Part shown: positions 20,679 through 29,549 of the stretch, one piece after another
How positions within the stretch are numbered: position 1 is the stretch's first letter
Layout of the letters: every line of letters starts with the position of its first letter
Assembly: GCA_023334545.1 (NCBI GenBank)
Contig: JAADVB010000215.1
Span: 1-32,022 of the forward strand
Direction of reading: 5' to 3'
Length of the DNA: 32,022 bases
Source of the DNA: Salisapilia sapeloensis CBS 127946
Taxonomy: Eukaryota > Protista > Oomycota
Position numbers and translations under genes: made by a program
The notes under the pieces: model-generated
The model's input: the letters and a program-made list of their open reading frames with translations, nothing else
Database searches by the model: none
What the model was told of the DNA's origin: nothing

Positions 20679-21177
20679 ATGGAAGAAGAAGAGTTGGCAA
20701 TTGTGGATGCTGTTTGTGCGTATGATGAGTACGTACAGGCACAGCATCGTGCACATACACGACTGCAGCAGGTAGCTAAGATAGCACTCGATTGCAGACA
20801 TGAATTAATCTCAAAGCAGGCATTTTTCAAGCTATCGAATGCCAAACTCCAGCTACCACCACATACATTAAGCGAGAACTCGTATCCAGAAGCTATTCAA
20901 GCTTCCTACCTCTGTCAGATAGAGGAGATCGATGCTCCATCTCCAGAGCAATCACTTCAGAGGCGTCATGCCAGCACTCCAAGTAGCACCGAGCAACCTC
21001 CAGATCCGATTCTCCATTTTAGCTCCTTGCCGCCATCGACACTTCGGCAGTCTCAACGACAGTTTATTGCAGGTACGTGAATTGGACTATACTGTTTATT
21101 ATGTCCATTAAGGCATGTGGATAGCTTTGAAGGAACTGGAAGATGCTGCCAAGGCTGTGCAGCGTATTTCAAAGTAG
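20679..21177 (+). CDS. VMA22: Vma22/CCDC115 V-ATPase assembly factor, 3 exons, 132 aa
   Basis: Exons 20679-20771, 20820-21072, 21125-21177. AFFKLSNAK and DPILHFSSLPPSTLRQSQRQF resemble the family motifs GFF.LS.A and DPL.WF..L.P..LR.AQ..F. Confidence 0.75.
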
Positions 21178-21235
21178 TCAAGTGGAATGGATGTGCAAAG
21201 ATGTCGACATGGACTGCATGTTCATTTAAAATAGT

Positions 21236-22115
21236 TTAAGCACTCGTGTTCGTCGTGCCACTCGGTTCACTTTCGTCCACCATAGAGCCACTCCAGCGAC
21301 GTTCATGATTCACTGGACTCTTGTCTTCGTCACTGTCTGATCCCTTCTTATTGCGATTACGCTATAGCATAATTGTTAGTGTTAATATACACCGCGTTGG
21401 AAGATGAATGACTTACGAATCGTCCATCTTTGCCGAACATGTCGGCAAAGTTTGTGTGCATGCTGCTCGCCTTGCTGCGCATGCGGTCCATGGCCATGTG
21501 CATTTTGATCGTCTTATCTTTGACGAATGGGACGTTCATTTCTTTTCGCGTATGTCCTCTCTGGAGATTGCGTTGGATGAATGTGTCGTATTCTTTCACG
21601 ATACGAATGATCAAGTCGGATGTAGAGATACCATCCGTACGTTGGGTTTCCAGGAATTTGCCCATGGACTTGAGACGAGCGTACACGTCTCCATCCGAAG
21701 CTTCTCCGGACGTGTCACCATACGGAAGTGCGTCGTGGCATACATAATCAATCTGATGCTGTTCCATAAACTCATCCGTGACGACCCATGGTGCATCCTC
21801 GACGACTTCATCGACCCATCGGCAATGACGTAGGGATTCGTACCGCTCCTGATCGGTCATGACCGTCCGGCCCTTGAGTTTATGCGTCATCTCGTCGCTG
21901 CAGCATCCGACGATCAAGTGGACATTGGCAAACGACTCTTTACACTGCTGCAACGCCTTGGCATGTCCAAAGTGGAAGAGGTCAAAGACACCATCGGCAT
22001 ACAGTCGCAATGGTTTCCCCGTCTTACTACCTGGATCTCCTTCCTGAATTTTCTTTCCGGACGGAAGTTCCGTGCGGAATTTGATCGGAGCTTGTTCTGT
22101 CTCCGAGTCGGTCAT
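21236..22115 (-). CDS. PCYT1: Choline-phosphate cytidylyltransferase, paralog B, 2 exons, 274 aa
   Basis: Exons 22115-21417 and 21361-21236. Same catalytic motifs as paralog A, intron at the equivalent position, shorter N-terminus and a Ser/acidic tail. Confidence 0.92.
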
Positions 22116-22211
22116 ATTCTGTTCTTGCTATGGATCCTAAGTACTTGGTTGCATGTGTAGTCGAAGTATAGAGTAAATACCTGATTTACCATGATGTGTG
22201 CAGTTGATGGC

Positions 22212-22225
22212 AAAAGTGGAAATGA
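22212..22225 (-). promoter_or_regulatory. Inr+FPR core promoter of CCT-B
   Basis: Minus strand TCATTTCCACTTTT matches TCATTYBNNNWTTY exactly, about 100 nt upstream of the ATG. Confidence 0.6.
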
Positions 22226-23604
22226 AAAGGCAACAAGTGAATTGGGAAGAGATTGCCTGAGAATAGCTTCGAACGTGACCAGCTGGGATAGAAATTTGGT
22301 GGATATGGAAATTTGTATGGAAGTTGAAGGATAGTTTAAGTTGTACCGCAAAAGATTATTTGGAGGAAAATTAATGCGAAATGTTTTTTGGACTCGAGAG
22401 GAAGGTTGAGACATGATGAGGTGTCATACTGTGGTGACGGAAGTGCTGTCAACATGATACATGGTCGTTACTTGGATTTATTCCTGTATGTGGTGTAATG
22501 AAAAGCATCGAGTAGATTCTTGATGGAGGTTGCCTTGCTCAAGTAGGAAGAGAGCAGTGGGAACTTTATGTCGCTCTTGGTAGTAATTACGAGGTTGATG
22601 CGGATTTGAAAAGATATAAATGAATTGTGATGTAAAGAGCAAGCACACGAGATGGGGATACATTGACTTTAAAGTTGAGAAATGAATATGAATAGAAAGA
22701 TGAAAGCATGAAGAAAATTGATCACACCACGAGTTTTTACGCATTGGAAGCACAAGTATAGGTATAACAGAGATGGGGACGAAACTGCTATAGAACCAAC
22801 GCATAGATCTTCGAATTAGGGCGTGTTAAACCTGTCGAAACCGCAAAGTATAACGAGGTGTCTGATTGCCAAATAATCGGGTATAACTCCTAAGAAATCG
22901 GAAATTTTATTTCGACCGCTCATGAATCAGTCAGGCTCCGAATAAGATAAAGCACCTCCGGAGGTGGTTTGTTTTATTTTGGAAATATGATCAGTAGAGC
23001 CGAAAGATAAGAATCTTATTTAGGAAAATGAGTCACTTTTTTGCTAGGTTTGGCGCCCCCTATTAGATCAATTCACGGACGAATGGCAGTGTGGCTTCAA
23101 AGAAGCATAAATTGATACGGGTACATCTTGAATGAATGCTGTTGATGCGTACGAGAGAGACGATGGTGGTTACAAAGAGTACCGCAGTTTACATGCATCG
23201 TCTCCAAGTTTCCAGCCAATAACCAATACCACAAAAGATGACCTTTCCTACGTACAATGCATCGCTTGATACAAATCTGTCTAGCGGATACATTTCATTG
23301 AAGTAGGATGTTCGTAGCCCATCGTACCCAGTCGCTGTTATATCATATCGATTCATTGAAGTCAGCATGATATGAGCGAAGGTTATGATTGACGTGTTTG
23401 CTGTGCCGCATAGATCTGCTAAGTATATCAAGTACTGTTCCATGGTTCGTCACGGCCTCATCACATAGCGCCGCAACCATTTGTAGCGTGGCGTGTACAA
23501 AGAAAAAAGCTTGGTAGGAGGAATGGTTGTCGATGTTTATGCGGAGTACTTGCATCATAAAAGCGAATGTTGATAAGGCCCCTAGCACCATCGACTTATC
23601 TCGA

Positions 23605-23620
23605 GCTCATTCTCCAACTT
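23605..23620 (+). promoter_or_regulatory. Inr-like element upstream of the His/Pro/Gly-rich frame
   Basis: GCTCATTCTCCAACTT has one mismatch to GCTCATTYBNNNWTTY and starts 39 nt before ATG 23644. Confidence 0.55.
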
Positions 23621-23643
23621 CTTTCGTCCTGAGCAAAGTAAAA

Positions 23644-24423
23644 ATGATGCATTCACAGCGCGGACACTCACCTGGACCATTCCCACCGTTCATGCACGGA
23701 TGCTGTCCCCCATCACCACCATCGCCATCGTACATGCACTCGGGACCGCATTCCTGTGGTCCGTCTCATGCTCCTCGTGGGTTTCCACAAGGCTTCTGGG
23801 AATCGTCTTTTTACGGACCACTATCACCACCGCATGAGCAGTCCGTGTTACCTCCCAACGGTCCGCAATAAGGTCCTCGCGGCTTCCCACACGGCCCTTG
23901 GGGACCATCTTCACATGGTCTTCGTGGGTTTCCAAATGGGGCATGGGGACCACCTCCTTGTGGTTCTCATCACGGTCCTCGCGGATACCCAACACCTTCG
24001 GACGGATCTCCTGACTATTTCGGACCATGGGATCGTTCTAACTGGTGGGGCCACCACTATGCAGGGCAATTTCGAAAGGAATGCGAATGTCAGTCGAAAA
24101 ACAATTCTTCATCACAACCAGAGCGTCCTCAGGAACAGTGTACGCACTGTGGGCACCCCGGATTTGATGGACCATTCTTCTAGCATGGACCATCGTATGG
24201 ACACTTTAAGAGCGATTTCGGGCAAATGAAAGCGTCCCCTTTGTCGTGTCAGAGTTGCAAATGCAACCAGGTCCCACACTCGGAAGAGAAAGGAACGAAT
24301 GAAACGCAAAGCGAAGAGGTGCATGACACACCAGAAGACCAGGCACAATCTTCCGCTTCTGTTTCTGAAGAGACCGTGACTGCGCAGACTGACCTACCAT
24401 CCTCCGCAAAGATAGACATGTAG
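23644..24423 (+). pseudogene. His/Pro/Gly-rich low-complexity reading frame interrupted by two in-frame stops
   Basis: One frame runs from ATG 23644 to TAG 24421-24423 with internal TAA 23869-23871 and TAG 24181-24183 and no frameshift. The H(G/A)(P/L)RG(F/Y)P repeat continues across the first stop. Confidence 0.65.
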
Positions 24424-24705
24424 TCACTACATATCTGTCACGTCCAGACACTTGATAAGATTTCCATGACCTCTACATGAAGCAGAAAACTATAAAACAA
24501 AATAAAAACGTTTATTTCTTTTATTCTCTTCTGCCATTCGTGTAAATACTTTCTATCTAGACCTATCTGTTTCACTACTTTATACCTCTGCAGCACTTGC
24601 ACCCCCTTCTATCGCTTTGACAGAAGATTTTCATCCGAATGACGTATAGCTCTTCGCCCACATCTCTGTTAGATACGTTTCAAATCATGTTGATTTCAGT
24701 ATACT

Positions 24706-26058
24706 ATGCCCAAAACACAAACTCGACCAGACACGAAGATCATGGTGCGAGTGGCTGTCGTCGGATGCTCTCATGGCATGTTAGATGAAATCTACGCGAC
24801 AATTGAACATATTAATGAAGTCGAGAGCACACCTGTCGAGTTGCTACTATGTTGTGGTGATTTCCAGTGTGTACGGAACACGAGAGACCTATCGAGTCTC
24901 GCTTGTCCACCCAAGTACCGACAGATGCATACTTTCCACGAGTACTATAGCGGTACGAAGAAAGCTCCAGTGCTCACGATCTTTGTCGGTGGCAACCACG
25001 AAGCTTCCAACTATCTTCGGGAGCTCCACTATGGTGGGTGGGTCGCGCCTAACATCTTCTATCTCGGTGCTGCTGGCGTCATCAAGGTCGCTGGTCTCCA
25101 AATCGCCGGCTTATCCGGCATCTTTAAGCCAGAGCACTACCGATCCGGCCACTTTGAAGAGCCTCCATACAATAACAGTACGCTCCGAAGTGTCTACCAC
25201 GTGCGTGAAGTGGACGTATTCAAGCTGTCTCACGTGGCCAAGTCGAGCCATCGCATCGACGCTTTCTTATCTCACGACTGGCCTCGTGGGATCGAACAGT
25301 ATGGTGACGTCGCAGGTCTCCTTCGTAAGAAAAGTTACTTTCAAGAAGAGATTCAGCAGAATGCGCTCGGCAGTCCAGCTGCCGAGTTACTTTTACATCA
25401 ATTACAACCTCGTTTTTGGTTTGCTGCTCATTTACATGTCAAATTCCCTGCCATCGTACGTCATGAGATGCCTCCAAGTGCTCAAGAAAGTATAAAGGAG
25501 GAGACACCGATGGCTGTCACAAAGTTCCTCGCGCTTGATAAATGTCTTCCTCGTCGTGATTTCCTGCAGGTCTTGGATGTTCCGACGGAGGACGAGACAA
25601 CGGATCTCAAAGTCCGACTTGACTATGAATGGCTTGCTATCCTACGTGCGACTCACCACTTAGAATCTACGGAGGTATCGGCTCCAGAAGTACCGACGGA
25701 GGAACTGGAGATAGAAGAGAGCGACGTTGCGTGGGTGAAGAAGCGCGTGTCGGAGTTTTATAAAGCTAAAGGTCTAGAGAAGGAAGAAGGGGAGTGGATG
25801 TGTGACTTTGTGAAGACTGTGCCGGGGTGGAAGGAACAGGACCAAGCGAATGTTTCGTTTGCGGTGGGGAATCCACAGACGGACTTGCTGTTGGAGCTAC
25901 TGCAGTTACCACATGTCGTGACGAAAGCTTATCAGGATGAAAGTGAGAAGGAGGCGAAGGCAGCGGAAGATCCGAATGCGATTGATCTGGATGAGTTGGA
26001 AGAGCAGGAGACGGAGCAAGTGCCGGAGGATCCAAATGAGATGGACATTGATGAGTGA
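24706..26058 (+). CDS. DBR1: RNA lariat debranching enzyme
   Basis: Metallophosphoesterase motifs GCSHG, CCGDFQ, GGNHEAS, SHDWP and AAHLH, plus FLALDKCLPRRDFLQ. Start is 24706 or 24742. Confidence 0.96.
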   Translation: MPKTQTRPDTKIMVRVAVVGCSHGMLDEIYATIEHINEVESTPVELLLCCGDFQCVRNTRDLSSLACPPKYRQMHTFHEYYSGTKKAPVLTIFVGGNHEASNYLRELHYGGWVAPNIFYLGAAGVIKVAGLQIAGLSGIFKPEHYRSGHFEEPPYNNSTLRSVYHVREVDVFKLSHVAKSSHRIDAFLSHDWPRGIEQYGDVAGLLRKKSYFQEEIQQNALGSPAAELLLHQLQPRFWFAAHLHVKFPAIVRHEMPPSAQESIKEETPMAVTKFLALDKCLPRRDFLQVLDVPTEDETTDLKVRLDYEWLAILRATHHLESTEVSAPEVPTEELEIEESDVAWVKKRVSEFYKAKGLEKEEGEWMCDFVKTVPGWKEQDQANVSFAVGNPQTDLLLELLQLPHVVTKAYQDESEKEAKAAEDPNAIDLDELEEQETEQVPEDPNEMDIDE

Positions 26059-27362
26059 TGGGGTGCATAAAGTAAAAAAGAGTAGAATCATTCGACTTGT
26101 ATGTGTTTGGAAGGTCGTGAGGATAGTTTTATAGATGGTACATCGGGCCTCATTCTTGTCTTTGTTTGGTACAAGACTCCAGATACATGTACGTCAAAGA
26201 CGGATTCCTTGCATCGAATATGTTTCCACTGACTTTGCTTCCGTTGCGGTTAGTCCAGGGGGTGCTATGTACTCACTCCATTTGTGGTTAGTCGATAGCG
26301 ATGTGTTCCGAGCTACTTTAATCGTCATTTATAAATTTGTGGAATGTGCTTGCGCTATATCATCAGGAAACTGACATAGGCAGGTAACGCATGGATCGAT
26401 TCAAGTGCTGTTGAGCTTGTATACCTGTGAAGATCTAGTGAGTTTCGTGTTGGTTGCAACAGGAGTCTGCCTGATGTCAGTCTTGATACAAGTCTCTTTA
26501 TAAGGTGTGCTCGTGTGCACTAGTACTCGAGTAGACTAGTCTATAGTGCTAGATGCAATTGTATCAATGGAGATGCATGGTAGGATTATTTTGACACGTC
26601 TTGCTGATGTCGGTAGCGTAGATAGGTCTATAAATGATACTTCTATTGTTGCGAGAGGGTACCTTTTGGAAAATGGCAGCATTGTAGGTAATACATGAGA
26701 TAGAGGCGACTTTGCATGTATTGCACTGACATAGTACGTGGTGGAGTTGGACGTGGAAACACCGACTTTATCAGTGGAAACTTGGCCAACATGGGTCGGA
26801 ATCGTGACAATGACAACTAACTTTAGCGTGAGAAACTCGGAGAGATCATAGAATAATATACTTTAAAATGCGCGAATAAGTAGCAATAATGAGCAAACGA
26901 GGAGTCGATGACGTATGGAAATGGAAACTGACAAAGAATCCTTTAATGGTAACAGAGACTGATCTGCTTAACGAAATACTTTCAACGAAGCAGTCAGATC
27001 CTATTTAAAATGCCGGTATATCTCCTAGACGCCACCACAGTATCTTTTATGCCAGCTTTGCGCCGCACAAACCCCAAAAGCAGAGTAGTATCCATCTCTT
27101 GCTCGAGTTAGACGATACTAATCCAGTACATTCTACTCTTGGATATAACCATCCACATGTTCTAAAATTACACCAGCATCCTTCTATAAGTATTGACAAA
27201 CAACACGAAGAAGCGAGCTCCATCTCCACTTTAGTCCACCTCGATTATCCGCAATTCATCCATTTCCTCTTCGATCTCTAATTCCTCTGTTTTACACTAA
27301 AACATACAAAATACGTATCTAATCTTTTCCTCTTGGAGCCAAACAACGAAATAAAAAGCAGA

Positions 27363-28379
27363 ATGGACACGAGAACTCGTCTCGAGCGCTTCTACCGGAA
27401 GTACAATGCTGACAAGGCACACGAAGTGGATGGTTTGCTAGAGCGTTTCAAAGGCAAAGAGACTCAGCTATTCGCTTCGCTCACGAAGAAGTATGGACCG
27501 GAACCAGCTGAAGACGAAGACCTGCCGTCCGCTCCGTCCGAGTCGACATCGGCACCTGCACCAGCTCCAATCCCCGAAGCTTCTCCACAAGTCCAGGACT
27601 ACAATCGTACTCGTCTACTAGCTTTCTATGAAAAGTATAACCCGACGAAAACGCATGAAGTGGATTCGTTGTTGGCGAAATACAAGAACAAGGAGGATAA
27701 GTTGTTTGATGCTCTTGTAAAAAAGTATGGTCCTGAGCCTGGCGATTCGGAGGATGAAGACGAGGACGATGACAACGAAGAGGAGGAGGAGGGAAGTGAC
27801 GAGGAAGATGACGGAGAACCGAAACTCCGCTCTGTCACATACTGTCCGATCGACACGTTGCCGCCAGAGTACTGTGAGTACGGCCCCCACTTTGACAAGT
27901 GCAAGCCATGGCTGGCCGAGCACTGCCCTGATCTTATGTTGCAAAAGTACAACCGCACCGTCACAGATTTCCTAGAAGCCGAGCGACAGATTGCCGCTGG
28001 TGTGGAAGGCATTACGTTAGAGGCGAGTGGCAAGACGGCAAAGCAGAAGGGTAAAAAGGGTAAACAGACTGCGGTGAAGAACCCAGAGGACTGTATTGTG
28101 TACGTGAGTAAGAGCGCACGCAAAGGTCGCAAGCGTCTGACATTTTTGACTGGGATTGAAGATTTCGTCGGACAGGACAAGATAAAGGAAACGACCAAGG
28201 CAATGGGCAAAAAGTTTGCTTGCAGTTCATCTGTGTCCAAGACAGATACAGGGGCGCATCAGATTCAACTGCAAGGTGACTGTGTCACCGAGTTGATTGA
28301 AGTATTGCAAGAGACGTACGGAATCCCGGAGAAGCAGATTGTCATTACGGAAGAGACGAAGAAGAAGGGGAAAAAGTAG
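27363..28379 (+). CDS. DENR: DENR/Tma22 (SUI1-domain reinitiation factor) with an extra N-terminal duplicated module
   Basis: VTYCPIDTLPPEYCEY..KCKPWL, ARKGRKRLTFLTGIE, KKFACSSSV and IQLQGD match DENR. About 160 extra N-terminal residues. First ATG at 27363 (track start 27333 is TTG). Confidence 0.9.
   Translation: MDTRTRLERFYRKYNADKAHEVDGLLERFKGKETQLFASLTKKYGPEPAEDEDLPSAPSESTSAPAPAPIPEASPQVQDYNRTRLLAFYEKYNPTKTHEVDSLLAKYKNKEDKLFDALVKKYGPEPGDSEDEDEDDDNEEEEEGSDEEDDGEPKLRSVTYCPIDTLPPEYCEYGPHFDKCKPWLAEHCPDLMLQKYNRTVTDFLEAERQIAAGVEGITLEASGKTAKQKGKKGKQTAVKNPEDCIVYVSKSARKGRKRLTFLTGIEDFVGQDKIKETTKAMGKKFACSSSVSKTDTGAHQIQLQGDCVTELIEVLQETYGIPEKQIVITEETKKKGKK
27372..27740 (+). repeat. Two 45-codon intragenic repeats (27372-27506 and 27606-27740)
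   Basis: RTRLERFYRKYNADKAHEVDGLLERFKGKETQLFASLTKKYGPEP versus RTRLLAFYEKYNPTKTHEVDSLLAKYKNKEDKLFDALVKKYGPEP: 29/45 identical by hand count. Confidence 0.95.
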
Positions 28380-28491
28380 ATGGTTACCGACGTCTTTTGG
28401 CGCGGGAATATACGTTGTTTCCAACGCTTCAAGATCTCGTGTTTTATAAGTTATACATTGCCACAAGGGTTCGATCGGCGCAAGAAGTAGG

Positions 28492-29217
28492 ATGAGCAAT
28501 AAGGAGGATGACATTCTCGACAGTATGTCGCTGTCGGACGACGATATGCTAGACGATCTTGCAGATGACATGCTGCAGGAGATGCAGGGCAGCGCTAGTA
28601 CCACTCAAGCTGCATCTACGCAGCCTGCCGCTCCCTTCCGACCGAATATGAGCATGACGAATGCCGCACCGCAGCAGCAAATGCCGGATTTAGGACGCAT
28701 GATGTCGCAGATGATGCCTATGATGTCGCAAATGTTTGGAAACCAAGGGATGCGTCAACAGCAACAGACACCGCCGACGCCGTGGCAAGATCTGATTCGA
28801 CAGCACGTCCCTCTAGACGAGCAACAGCACTGGATCGATACAATTGAAGGAGACGAGCGACTGCTGCGCTCAGAACAGCACTTACAGCAACTTCCATCCG
28901 GAAAATGGATGTCGCGACCAGCCAGTCGGTCCTACAAAGAGAAACCACGCACATTGCCGAATGTGTATCTAGAATCAGATACGTTGCTTGCAAGTTTACT
29001 AGATGAAGCTGTCCGATCCGCTCGATGTGAGAACAGTATGTGGAAGGAGCATCGAGATGATATGCCATACGACATCCAGGATTCAGGACTCGCCCACGTA
29101 TTCGAACGAGAGCTTAAATCGAGATTCCGGCAGCGAGTTAACCAGGATGAAGACTACCAGCAGCTACGAAAGGAGCAACCAGCTCGTGTCGAGCACATCA
29201 CGAGTGCCTTGTTCTAA
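28492..29217 (+). CDS. Uncharacterised protein, possibly BAG6 C-terminal-like, 241 aa
   Basis: Clean ORF. Met/Gln-rich PDLGRMMSQMMPMMSQMFG segment. W..TI..D, SRSY and RQRVNQDEDY resemble the BAG6 C-terminal region. Family call is tentative. Confidence 0.7.
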   Translation: MSNKEDDILDSMSLSDDDMLDDLADDMLQEMQGSASTTQAASTQPAAPFRPNMSMTNAAPQQQMPDLGRMMSQMMPMMSQMFGNQGMRQQQQTPPTPWQDLIRQHVPLDEQQHWIDTIEGDERLLRSEQHLQQLPSGKWMSRPASRSYKEKPRTLPNVYLESDTLLASLLDEAVRSARCENSMWKEHRDDMPYDIQDSGLAHVFERELKSRFRQRVNQDEDYQQLRKEQPARVEHITSALF

Positions 29218-29276
29218 GAAAATACAATCTACTTTTCTTTTCTTTTACGTCATATCAAACACATAAAGTCGATTCA

Positions 29277-29549
29277 ATGCTCAAGTACCAAACCTGGCTC
29301 GCGGCCGGCGTGCTGCTTATGACGTTATGGCTGGCACTATGCAGTTACGTCCAGGGTAAAGATGAACGGATGGTGCAGCTTGTGTATGCACTACCAGCAT
29401 ACGCACTTGTGTCGTTTGGTGCGTATTCGCTCGGTGTGATCGCGCTCTCGGTCATGTCGATCGAGGATTGTCCTGAAGCAGCGAAAGAGCTCGACCAGCA
29501 AGTACGTGAAGCCAAGACGGACTTGCAATCCAAGGGACTCGACATTTAG
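29277..29549 (+). CDS. DPM3: Dolichol-phosphate mannosyltransferase subunit 3
   Basis: Two hydrophobic segments, LPAYALVSFGAYSL, and DCPEAAKELDQQVREAKTDLQSKG (family DCPEA..EL..EI.EA+.DL..KG). Confidence 0.95.
   Translation: MLKYQTWLAAGVLLMTLWLALCSYVQGKDERMVQLVYALPAYALVSFGAYSLGVIALSVMSIEDCPEAAKELDQQVREAKTDLQSKGLDI

Noticed and set aside
20772-20819. Stop-free in-frame 48-nt VMA22 intron as regulated retention
   Set aside because: About a third of introns are 3n by chance, and there is no other evidence.
22112-22414. 100-aa upstream ORF overlapping the CCT-B start
   Set aside because: Its ATG lies about 190 nt upstream of the exact Inr/FPR match, so it is probably not in the mRNA. Only the part from ATG 22192 was kept as a finding.
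22953-22980. Palindrome plus T-run as a bacterial terminator or Helitron end
   Set aside because: Eukaryotic context with no bacterial gene upstream, and no CTRR at Helitron spacing on either strand.
23189-23591. Two overlapping minus ORFs (84 and 82 aa) as a transposon relic
   Set aside because: No catalytic motif, terminal repeat or target-site duplication recognised.
23644-24423. TAA/TAG-to-Gln alternative genetic code as the explanation for the internal stops
   Set aside because: Conserved genes in the window end at their expected positions with TAA (BBS8, UBC2, TMEM258) and TAG (RPS9, TIM23, DPM3), and none has internal stops.
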